A stretch of DNA of 12,168 nt from Candidatus Hadarchaeota archaeon (GCA_964452145.1 CAYVLA010000077.1:1-12168); one strand, 5' to 3'; shown: positions 1 through 7,798, counted from the stretch's first letter. Numbers and translations are program-made. Notes: a model not told the origin generated them from the letters alone.

Positions 1-295
1 CGACGTACTCGATCCCTTCCTTTTCCATGCAGTCCAAAGCGGAGATCATGTCACCCCATGAGACGCTTTCCTTTCTCAGCATCGGACAGGAGTTCACTGC
101 AGTCAGGAAAGTCTTGATCTCGGGCCTTCGGTTATTGTATTCAAGCCAATCGACAACTTCCTGAAGGACCGCAGTGCTGGTCATCGCTTCTTCGCCATCC
201 AGAATCCTCTGCACGATCCTTTGCGATACCTCGTAGGCCTCTTTTGGCGAACTCGTAAGTAGGAATATGAAGACGTTGGCGTCAACGAACCTCAT
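1..295 (-). CDS. vapC: PIN-domain VapC-family toxin (3' end runs off the window)
   Basis: Not in the ORF track; manual translation from ATG 295 gives MRFVDANVFIFLLTSSPKEAYEVSQRIVQRILDGEEAMTSTAVLQEVVDWLE..., with the PIN N-terminal FVDAN motif and conserved Glu (VLQE). ATGA overlap with the upstream antitoxin stop. Confidence 0.9.
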   Translation of the reverse strand, partial: MRFVDANVFIFLLTSSPKEAYEVSQRIVQRILDGEEAMTSTAVLQEVVDWLEYNNRRPEIKTFLTAVNSCPMLRKESVSWGDMISALDCMEKEGIEYV

Positions 296-570
296 CTGGC
301 GACCCTCGAGATCTTCTTCTCGATCCTCATTGCGGCAGCTTTCTTGGCCTCGCTCTTCGGCTCACCCCTGCTCCTGATATCCTTCACGAGTCCGCTCAGC
401 ATTTCGATCGGGTTTGCCACAGTCTTCTCCGTGGACAGCACCAGTTGACCCGCTCTCACTGCGAGCGTGAGGGTATCACCCTCTTTGATGGCCAGCCGTT
501 CCCTTATCTTCAGGGGGATTGTGATCTTGCCTTTCTGGAGTACCTTGATCTGCGCACCTACGTGGATCAC
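292..570 (-). CDS. AbrB/MazE/SpoVT-family DNA-binding antitoxin (VapB-like)
   Basis: KGKITIPLKIRERLAIKEGDTL is the AbrB swapped-hairpin signature (GxIxIPxxIRxxLxIxEGD); translationally coupled to the PIN gene. Confidence 0.9.
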   Translation of the reverse strand: MIHVGAQIKVLQKGKITIPLKIRERLAIKEGDTLTLAVRAGQLVLSTEKTVANPIEMLSGLVKDIRSRGEPKSEAKKAAAMRIEKKISRVAR

Positions 571-592
571 CCAATAGGGAGATCCAGAGCGA

Positions 593-608
593 TAACCCTT
601 AAATGTTA
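593..608 (-). promoter_or_regulatory. Putative TATA box with flanking inverted repeat (vapBC promoter/operator)
   Basis: Minus-strand TTTAAG at 598-603, about 28 nt upstream of the GTG start, embedded in TAAC-N8-GTTA. Confidence 0.5.
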
Positions 609-694
609 CCCCGGGTCACGGTCACGGCCTGAGCTGCCGGGCGTCGGCTTGGGACGGGACCCTGACTGCATTCGGAACTGACAGGGGGTTGGCC

Positions 695-860
695 CTAGAA
701 CACGGCAAGCAATCCCTCGATCTTCCCTAGGCCGGATTGCTCGGTCCTCTTCGCATCCTGCAGGATTCTGATCTTCTCGTCGTCGACTAGCTTCTTGTCG
801 GCGGCGCTGAGCAGGAGCTTGGCTGCCGACGCGGAATCGAGGTTTCTCGTCCATGCTGTT
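695..860 (-). pseudogene. Possible C-terminal remnant of an unidentified helical protein
   Basis: LDSASAAKLLLSAADKKLVDDEKIRILQDAKRTEQSGLGKIEGLLAVF* is protein-like with G/C-rich third positions, but there is no convincing start and no recognised family. Confidence 0.3.
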
Positions 861-887
861 AACAAGTCGGATCCTACGCGGGGATCG

Positions 888-1518
888 ATGATCCTTGAGG
901 GAATCTTCCAGCTCTGTCCCCCAGGTGAGAACTGCACGGGTCGTCATGGTCTGCCCCAAGATATCACGGTGGATTCCCAGGGAAGGGTGATCGTGGCGGA
1001 GGACGCCTGCCAATGGGGCGCCGGACCTGAACAGAGTCGTGGTGCTTGATGAGGGGTTCCGCCGGTTGATGAGTTTCGGCTCCTTCGGCAATTGGCCAGG
1101 GAGTTTCACCGGAATCAGGAGCGCCGTGGAGGACCCCTCCGGCGTTCTCGTTGTGGCGGATTCGCAGAGAATATCCTTCTTCTTCCCCAACGGAACCTAT
1201 GCTGGGCGCATAGGGGGATCCGGCTCGGGGCCTGGGAGGTTCAGCGGCATCGGCCATCTACTCGTCACTGGTCCCGGACGGATTCTGATTCCGGAGCACC
1301 TCAACGACCGGATTCAGGAGATCACGGTCAACATCGCGTCTCTCCGAGCCATACCCATCCCCGAGTTCGGAGCACTGGCTATCGTGGTGTTGTGCAGTCT
1401 TGCTTGCGCGAGGAGTCGGAGGGCAAGAACTCCCATCCTCTGCCCCGACAAAGGCGGTGATCAGGCCCAGGGACACAACACAGCTCGAAAGCTCAGCGTT
1501 TCATCGCCTGGCGCCTGA
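888..1518 (+). pseudogene. NHL-repeat beta-propeller surface protein with PEF(G)-CTERM signal; frameshifted and N-terminally truncated
   Basis: One frame gives LPQDITVDSQGRVIVAED; a shifted frame from ~1021 continues PDLNRVVVLDEG...FGSFGNWPGSF...DPSGVLVVADSQRI...GGSGSGPGRF...NDRIQ (NHL repeats), then IPEFG + hydrophobic helix + RSRRAR. No signal peptide is seen. Confidence 0.7.
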
Positions 1519-2769
1519 GGGTATCCAGACAAAGGTCAGGATAAGAACCGCTGCGATGTACGGATCAGGCACCTCCCCCGATGCCTCCCACCACTTGTGG
1601 ATCTGGCCCGGATCTACCGTTGCAGGATCCGAAGGCAAACCGCCTGGTTTCACGATCGATTTCTGGTTAGTGCTCACCAGCACGATCTTCGTTCGGTTCA
1701 AATCTGAGAGCTCAGCCTGCCCGCCCAGAACCGTGAGGGCTGTTGAGGAATCCTCGCCCGCTTCCAGGACGAACTCGGTCCCCGAGACGTATGCCAGCGC
1801 AGCGGGCGTCTTGAAGTAGAAGTCGATCTGCCCGCTGCCCGCTGCGATGAAGCCGTGGATGATTCCCTGATGGAGCAGCGAAAGCAGGTTTCCCTCGGTC
1901 ACCTTGGTCTCTTTGTATTCGAACAGGGTCTTCTCTCCCTGCGTTATCCGGGCGTATTTCTCGATCCAATATTCCACATAACTGTTCCCATGGGTGACTA
2001 TCTTCGTCGTCTCAGTGATCTCCCCAATCGTTAGGGGGGCCTCCGTCCCATCATACAGGACACGTTGTACGCTTCCGTGCTCGGCTGACACTGTGATGCG
2101 GAATGCCGAGGGCACGGAGATGCGGATGCTCTCGAACACGTGTCGCAGGTTCTCCCTGTTCTTCTCGGCCGAAGTGGCTTCGCCGACCATGTAGTACCAG
2201 ACTTCATCACCGAATGTCCTTGGGCTGGGAACATCACCGGAGGTGCCGCTCAGGACTATGTAGGGCGTTGTCCTGGGCAGATAGTCCAAGGGTGGACCCC
2301 ATTTCTGGGAGAACTCTTCGAAGGCGATTATCACGCCGAACCCGTTTGACTCCATGACACTATCGCGGCTCTGGGCGAAGCGATAGTAGGCCGGCCTGCC
2401 GTCGATCTCGGTGTAGCCCTCTTCGTAACCCGCTCCCCCTCCCAGTTTCCCTGGCAGCTGCTCGCGCACGTTGTCCCCTTGGATTTCGCCGAAGGCCGTT
2501 GGGAGGGCTATTGAGAATCGGTGTACCCCGGGGCTGTCGGTGGTTTCGATGTACTCGCCGGTGGCCTTGTACTTCTTGATGATGAGGGACGGACCTACGC
2601 ATTCATAGGAGACTCCCGCGACCTTCGTTTCCCACGTGTATCCGTCTGGTATGTCGATGGAGATGCTGTATCCTTCGACGTATTGGAGGCCTATCATCTG
2701 CTCCGCGGCTGTAGCAGTCGCCGTTGTTGCGAGAACTGCGATGATTGTCAACAAGGCTCTCGTTTCAAT
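1501..2769 (-). CDS. Secreted surface protein: N-terminal PsbP/Mog1-like domain (tentative), FecR domain, VPDP-type C-terminal sorting signal
   Basis: Signal peptide RALLTIIAVLATTATATAA follows a GGAGGAGG RBS at ~2771-2778. FecR hallmark FKTPAALAYVSGTEFVLE...LTVLGGQAEL. C-terminus VPDPYIAAVLILTFVWIPSGARR. Start codon uncertain; the ORF-track start at 2910 is probably too far upstream. Confidence 0.75.
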   Translation of the reverse strand: METRALLTIIAVLATTATATAAEQMIGLQYVEGYSISIDIPDGYTWETKVAGVSYECVGPSLIIKKYKATGEYIETTDSPGVHRFSIALPTAFGEIQGDNVREQLPGKLGGGAGYEEGYTEIDGRPAYYRFAQSRDSVMESNGFGVIIAFEEFSQKWGPPLDYLPRTTPYIVLSGTSGDVPSPRTFGDEVWYYMVGEATSAEKNRENLRHVFESIRISVPSAFRITVSAEHGSVQRVLYDGTEAPLTIGEITETTKIVTHGNSYVEYWIEKYARITQGEKTLFEYKETKVTEGNLLSLLHQGIIHGFIAAGSGQIDFYFKTPAALAYVSGTEFVLEAGEDSSTALTVLGGQAELSDLNRTKIVLVSTNQKSIVKPGGLPSDPATVDPGQIHKWWEASGEVPDPYIAAVLILTFVWIPSGARR

Positions 2770-2957
2770 ACCTCCTCCCTTGGCACATGGCCTTGCCGTC
2801 GTCAGGTCCAGGAATTCATCGCTCCGATAGTCACTGGCGTCTTTGGGAGCCGTCCGCATGCACCAAGGATATGATCGTTTCAACAATCCGCGTTCCTGCC
2901 CTAGGGGCATCCCTAGATGATGCTGTTGATAAAAGTGTGGCCTTCTGACGCCTCATA

Positions 2958-3631
2958 TTGCTGGGAGTTCCGAAGGGGGGAGGAAACACAAAGATGGCTA
3001 CGGTCAACTTTGCTGTGGATGTTGTCCCGCCCTGCACCGCTATGAAGCCCGGGCCGGGTGAGGGCCTGTACAACGTCTCGATGCGTATCGAGTTTGATGC
3101 CTCTGACCCTCAACCCGGATCAGGGGTGAAGTACACCTTCTACCGGGTCGATGATGGGCCGGTCTGTAATGCCACTGATTGGCCGTTTGGGTTTGATGCG
3201 TCTGAGGGTAGCCATGTCTACACGTTCTGGTCGGAGGATGGTGCGGGCAACGCGGAGGTGGTGCAGACTGCCGTCATCAAGCTGGATACCTGTCCGCCCA
3301 CTACCGAGATCTCGCCTCCCGAGAACCCGGGCAAGGATTCCTACCCGGCCCCGTTGACCATACACCTGTCTGCAGAGGATCCAGAACCCGGCTCGGGAGT
3401 ATCCAAGACGTTCTACTCGATCGACTCTCAGGATGCGCATGAGTACCAGTCGGAAGGGTTTGCGGCTTTGGAAGGCGAGCATCTCTACACTTACTGGTCG
3501 GTTGACTATGCGGCAATCATGAGTTGGAGAACCAGGCTTTGATCAGGGTGGGTATTCCGGAGGTATTCTCCCTGCTCTTTGTGGGGTTGGTCCTGCTCCG
3601 TCAGGTGCGCCTTTGCGTGGGGAGTCGGTAG
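2958..3631 (+). pseudogene. Ig-like (OmpL47-type/DxxPPxT) repeat surface protein with IPEV sorting signal; frameshift at ~3512
   Basis: Two ~90-aa repeats DxxPPxT...A(S/E)DPxPGSGVxxTFYx(V/I)D...EGxHxYTxWSxD. Restoring one G at 3510-3514 gives ...DYAGNHELENQALIRVGIPEVFSLLFVGLVLLRQVRLCVGSR* (TAG 3629-3631). No signal peptide, so likely 5'-truncated. Confidence 0.75.
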
Positions 3632-3791
3632 CCCTGACGAGCTTGATAGTTGGTCGTTCCGCCCAAAGGACCGAAGCCATCTGGGCGATTGCGTCTACCT
3701 GTCTGTCTTCACCCACTGAGTATTGGGCGCGTTTGGTGACCATTGGGGTAGTGGGTACATTCTTACGCACAGTGATGGGCCGGCCTTCTAG

Positions 3792-4802
3792 ATGATAGGG
3801 GATACCCACCTGAGGACTGCCCAGGCATCAACGGGCTTTGAGCCAGAGGCTCTTCAAGCAGTCTTGAGGCGTGACTGGGACTGGTTGGAGGCTGGTGTTA
3901 CTCTCCCCGATCATCTGCGTGCCTACTGGGATGTGGATATCCTCGGTGATGAGAAGGTGCTGGCCCACCGCTACTATGTCAAGAGCCTGGACAGCAAGGA
4001 CAAGGGGCTTCTCGGCCATCTGGTGGGGTATAGCAGGAACATAGTTCCTTTCATGACGAATCTCAGAGAGGAGTGGATCGAGTCTGAAGGAGAGGACGAC
4101 TTCTACGGCCAGCTGTCGCTCTTCTTCGGGATTCTCTGCCACTATGCTCGGGATATTCACACAATGGTCCACCTGGATCCTTTCACTCCCGCTTGGTGCC
4201 CAGCTGAACGGTTTCACTCCCTCTTCGAGGAGGATCTGGAGAGATGTACCTCAACAGCCACCCCGAAGGAGTTGACTGTCTGGAGGGCGAGGCCCATCGT
4301 TCCGTCAGTCATTCGCATGGATGCGGAGTACTTCGAAGGATATGCCGAGGAGTTCTGGGAAAGGGGTATGCGGAAGGCGAGGGCGGCATACGCGAAGAGA
4401 AGGGTGCAGGGAGGAGGAGGACTGAAAAGTGAGGTGTGCAGCCTCCACCGTTGGTGCTTCACAGGCGCTGTTGAGATGACGACCAATCTGTGGTATACAC
4501 TCTCTATGTGGAGACTGGCATGGATCAATGGTGCAGCGATCGTCAGGAAACTCCCTCCTGATTCTGAGGAGAGCAAAAGCGTCCAAGATGGGTTTTCTGA
4601 GACTTGGGGTACCTGGGTAGAGGACATCTCGTTAGTTGCCCCTAACGGTGGCTTGGATATCTTCGAGGCGCACAAGGAACAGGCCACGGACACGAATCCA
4701 TCTATCGTCCTCGAACGCCGATGGTTGACCAAATCAGGAGACCGCATAGCAACATCAGGACGGTTTCGGGGAACTCGGGGATGGGCCCTGGCGGCACTCT
4801 GA
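3792..4802 (+). CDS. Zinc-dependent phospholipase C / P1-S1 nuclease superfamily protein
   Basis: Metal-ligand pattern in the expected order: N-terminal GDTH, AGVTLPD, LAH, FGILCHYARDIHTMVH, FHSLFE. No signal peptide. The last ~33 codons overlap the convergent gene. Confidence 0.75.
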   Translation: MIGDTHLRTAQASTGFEPEALQAVLRRDWDWLEAGVTLPDHLRAYWDVDILGDEKVLAHRYYVKSLDSKDKGLLGHLVGYSRNIVPFMTNLREEWIESEGEDDFYGQLSLFFGILCHYARDIHTMVHLDPFTPAWCPAERFHSLFEEDLERCTSTATPKELTVWRARPIVPSVIRMDAEYFEGYAEEFWERGMRKARAAYAKRRVQGGGGLKSEVCSLHRWCFTGAVEMTTNLWYTLSMWRLAWINGAAIVRKLPPDSEESKSVQDGFSETWGTWVEDISLVAPNGGLDIFEAHKEQATDTNPSIVLERRWLTKSGDRIATSGRFRGTRGWALAAL

Positions 4803-6006
4803 TTCCCATGAGGAGGATGTCTTCGGAGAACCCGGGTGACGGCAGAAGGAATGAAGTGGTTCCCACCACCACGAATCCTCCGTCTCGACTTGGAACCACA
4901 CAGGTTGCCCTATCGTTCTCAGCGCCTCCAAAGCTTCGTTCCCACACCTTGTTGCCCTCCGCATCGATCTTCAGAACATGGACGTCGGCTTGTCTTTCGT
5001 TCGGATCTCCCGTGGCACCTACCACTATGAATCCGCCGTCCCCACTCTGAATGATACATCTCGCATAGTCGTCGCGAGGCCCTCCGTAGGTTTTTTGCCA
5101 AAGCAGGTTTCCGTCGTTGTCGATCTCAAGCAGATAGACATCGGCGAAAACTGCTCCAAAGGAGCGGGTCTCCCCCGCTACTATTAGTCGTCCGTCTCCG
5201 CTGCGAACGATACTGCTTGCCTCATCATACCCACTACCTCCGTAAGCCTTCTCCCAGACCTTCTCTCCGGCATGATCGATTTTCAGCAGATACACATCGT
5301 AACTGTTCGTGCTGAAGGACCACGTGATCCCCCCTATCACGTATCCATCCGAGCTGGTGACCATGCAGTTTGCCCAGTCACTGCCGCCACCCCCGTATGT
5401 TCTGTTCCAGATTACATTCCCCTCCCCGTCGGTCTTCACCACGTAGACATCTCCAGATTCAGAGTGCAGATACGGATCTGCAGAGTGAGTTGTTACACCG
5501 GCAAACACGAATCCCCCATCCGGACTCTCAACAACACATTTCGCTGAGTCTGTCCCGTTGCTCCCGTAGGTTCTGTTCCAGATCAAGTTCCCCTCTCCGT
5601 CGATCTTCGCGAGAAAGGCATCTTCTGATCTGACCCCCAGGGCTTCGGTCCACCCTGTGCGCCCCGCTATCACGAAGCCCCCGTCTCTGCAGTGGATTAT
5701 GTCGAGGGCCTCATCCCGGGTCGGACCTCCGTAGGTCCTCTCCCAGACCCTGTTGCCCATAGCTTCTATCTTGAGAAGGTAGATATCCCTCAATCCGGCA
5801 TCAAAGGATTCGGTCCATCCCGCTATTATGAACCCTTCCCCGCCATCCTGAACGAGACGTCGTGCAAAATCGGAACCCTCTCCTCCGTAGGTCCGTGTCC
5901 AGACAAGTTCTGCCTCACTACTGACTCCTACACAGTAGGCTTCGAGAAGAACCAATGCCAACAGACCTAAACGATTCTGGGCCGCTCCCAGCTTCAGGAT
6001 TCCCAC
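4702..6006 (-). CDS. Secreted seven-bladed beta-propeller repeat protein with PEF-CTERM sorting signal
   Basis: GGAGG RBS before the GTG; signal peptide; seven ~50-aa repeats WxRTYGGxxxDxAxxIxxxxDGGFxxxGxT...DxYLLKIDxxGNxx; C-terminus PIPEFPETVLMLLCGLLIWSTIGVRGR. Confidence 0.9.
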   Translation of the reverse strand: MGILKLGAAQNRLGLLALVLLEAYCVGVSSEAELVWTRTYGGEGSDFARRLVQDGGEGFIIAGWTESFDAGLRDIYLLKIEAMGNRVWERTYGGPTRDEALDIIHCRDGGFVIAGRTGWTEALGVRSEDAFLAKIDGEGNLIWNRTYGSNGTDSAKCVVESPDGGFVFAGVTTHSADPYLHSESGDVYVVKTDGEGNVIWNRTYGGGGSDWANCMVTSSDGYVIGGITWSFSTNSYDVYLLKIDHAGEKVWEKAYGGSGYDEASSIVRSGDGRLIVAGETRSFGAVFADVYLLEIDNDGNLLWQKTYGGPRDDYARCIIQSGDGGFIVVGATGDPNERQADVHVLKIDAEGNKVWERSFGGAENDRATCVVPSRDGGFVVVGTTSFLLPSPGFSEDILLMGIRVPPGPIPEFPETVLMLLCGLLIWSTIGVRGR

Positions 6007-6057
6007 AGTATCAGCCTCCCTGCTATCTTGCCCTAGACGCGATTCTCAAGATTTCCC

Positions 6058-6098
6058 AAGGGGTGACTGGCCACCAAAGGGGTGAGTGGCCACCAAAG
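6058..6098. repeat. 19-bp tandem direct repeat (2 copies plus a partial third)
   Basis: AAGGGGTGACTGGCCACCA / AAGGGGTGAGTGGCCACCA / AAG; one mismatch between the full copies. Confidence 0.85.
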
Positions 6099-6200
6099 TC
6101 TGGGGTACCCATTTGTCGAAGGCTCCAGAGGAATTCCGTGACTCTCGTCCGCGAGTGGTGAGCGAGTCTCTTCGTCCAAACCTGCTCACATGCCAGCACG

Positions 6201-7283
6201 CTAGGAATTCCAGTCACCTACGTCGAAGACATATTGCGCTACATCGCTGTTCGCATCGAATCCATTGTTCTTGATTCTGCAGGTGTAGTTGTCCTTGTTC
6301 TCGCCTTGTTTGTACTCGTAAGCCAAGGCATCGGTGCAGTACGCCCACCATAGGAGTGCGGAGAATTGCTGTCTCCAGACCACCCCGCCTGATGTTTCTC
6401 TTGCTCTGTCATAGTAGTACCATGTCCTTGTCTCGTTCAACCATCCCGGATAGGCAGGGTTGTTACATTCGTCTTCGCCGTGTCCCGGGGCTGGGTCTTT
6501 GGTCTGGGAGAAGGCTCGCCCGACCATCACCATGAACCTTGTGCCTTCGTCCTCAATCGCTAGCTCGTCAGTGAGTGCATCAAAGAACCACCCGCGATCA
6601 TTCGTTATCTTCGTATCATCGTCGCCCGTCTGAATGTACGTGTCCATGCCCCACTGGTTAATGCCGTAGGTTTTCCAGTCCTCGGCATGGCCAATGAAGT
6701 ATTCGTCTCCAGAGGTGGGCGTGTTCCAAGCTGCACAATTATCCTGCCTGTGAAAGACTGCCAGTATCTTTGGGTCTCCGAGCTCCCAGTCCCCAGAGTA
6801 CTCGTTGAAGACGTTCTTCAGCGCGGTGCATTTTCCCTCGATCGCTATGTCGCTGTTCTGGGCTGTATTGGCGCGATTGGCGACAGGTTCGTCGGCTACA
6901 AGCCCTCCCCAGTTCATCTGGTTCCAAAGGTCCTTCTTCTCGGCCGGACTCCAACCCAGATCGTCTATCGCACTCTTGAGACCATCCATACCGGCTTTGA
7001 GGTTCGCTTCCGCGGAGGGTTGTGTGAACAGAGGACGATATGCATAGTTGACGTCCCACATCAGTGCGACCCTGCTCAGGAAGTGGTTGGTGAAGCCAAC
7101 GGCATTGCTGGCAAAACTTGGAATGCCGTTGGAACTCCTGAAGTTCTTGTAGGACGCCAACACGAGATTCAGCCCGTGGACGCACGCTTCCCATTCGCTT
7201 TCCGAGCCGTTCACCTGCTCGGTCGGGTAGAAGGCTCCCACGTAGTCCAACTAAGTAGGACCCTTCTTCACGTATTCGGTCAC
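6201..7283 (-). CDS. Putative TIM-barrel glycoside-hydrolase-like protein; in-frame TAG at codon 11 (possible pseudogene)
   Basis: 349-aa open frame 7250-6201 with GGLVADEP, WGMDTY, MVMVGRAF and ALLWWAY, a motif series reminiscent of GH-A-like barrels. Strong RBS AAGGAGG (7291-7297) 7 nt before an in-frame GTG at 7283, then TAG at 7251-7253. Confidence 0.55.
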
Positions 7284-7442
7284 CCCTGGCCCTCCTTCGT
7301 TCGACCCTTCGGAATTCAGGTTTCTGCTTGTCCCTTTCTCGACGCGAATACTACTAGCTGGTCCTATGCCTCCTACTCCGAGGAAAGACCCGACCGAGCA
7401 GGCATCGAAGAATGCCCAACCCTCCCACCTTTTCTAGGCCGA

Positions 7443-7466
7443 TATATGCACATATAAATGTTCATT
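7443..7466 (-). promoter_or_regulatory. TATA box with upstream purine-rich BRE-like tract, overlapped by a 6-2-6 palindrome
   Basis: Minus strand reads AATGAACATTTATATGTGCATATA; TATATG-CA-CATATA at 7443-7456 is a perfect inverted repeat. Confidence 0.6.
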
Positions 7467-7487
7467 TTGGTGTTTGTTTGGTGTTTG
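7466..7487. repeat. 11-bp perfect tandem repeat
   Basis: TTTGGTGTTTG x2, immediately upstream (on the minus strand) of the TATA box. Confidence 0.75.
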
Positions 7488-7619
7488 GTACCTCGGCCGA
7501 CCAAGGGGCTAGGGTTGTGTTGGCCGGGAAGAGCTCATGTGTGAGGCTGGGAAGCACCGATAAGCGTCTTGGTTCTCTATGTGAGAATCCGGCGGAGAGT
7601 CTAGCTGTCTCAGTTTCGC

Positions 7620-7680
7620 CAAGCATACTCAACTCCCCGCCCCAGAGCCCTAGAGCACGCATAGGAGTTGGGCATACTTG
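7620..7680 (-). ncRNA. Long RNA hairpin; candidate ncRNA or structured leader
   Basis: Minus-strand CAAGUAUGCCCAACUCC...GGAGUUGAGUAUGCUUG 17-bp stem (2 G-U, 1 mismatch) plus inner GCUCUAG-GGCU-CUGGGGC stem (2 G-U). Confidence 0.4.
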
Positions 7681-7724
7681 ATTGTGTTCTGAACAGCAGC
7701 AACCTACGACGCCATTGCCGCCGA

Positions 7725-7737
7725 GATAAACCTTCGC
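7725..7737 (-). promoter_or_regulatory. Putative BRE/TATA promoter upstream of the hairpin
   Basis: Minus strand GCGAAGGTTTATC, about 45 nt upstream of the hairpin. Confidence 0.4.
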
Positions 7738-7798
7738 CTTCGGTGGAGGTCAGGGCTGGCTGTCACGAGGCTCCTATCCTTGCCAGGCGTCAAGTACG

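Noticed and set aside
606..1190. 194-aa minus-strand ORF
   Set aside because: R/P/S-rich composition typical of a spurious frame; it overlaps the NHL gene on the opposite strand.
6058..6098. CRISPR array
   Set aside because: The repeats are directly adjacent with no spacers, there are only two copies, and no cas genes are present.
7251..7253. Genome-wide TAG reassignment
   Set aside because: TAG terminates rps13 and other genes here at expected positions; there is only a single internal case.
6687..7457. 256-aa plus-strand ORF
   Set aside because: Antisense to the better-supported minus-strand gene; no recognisable motifs.
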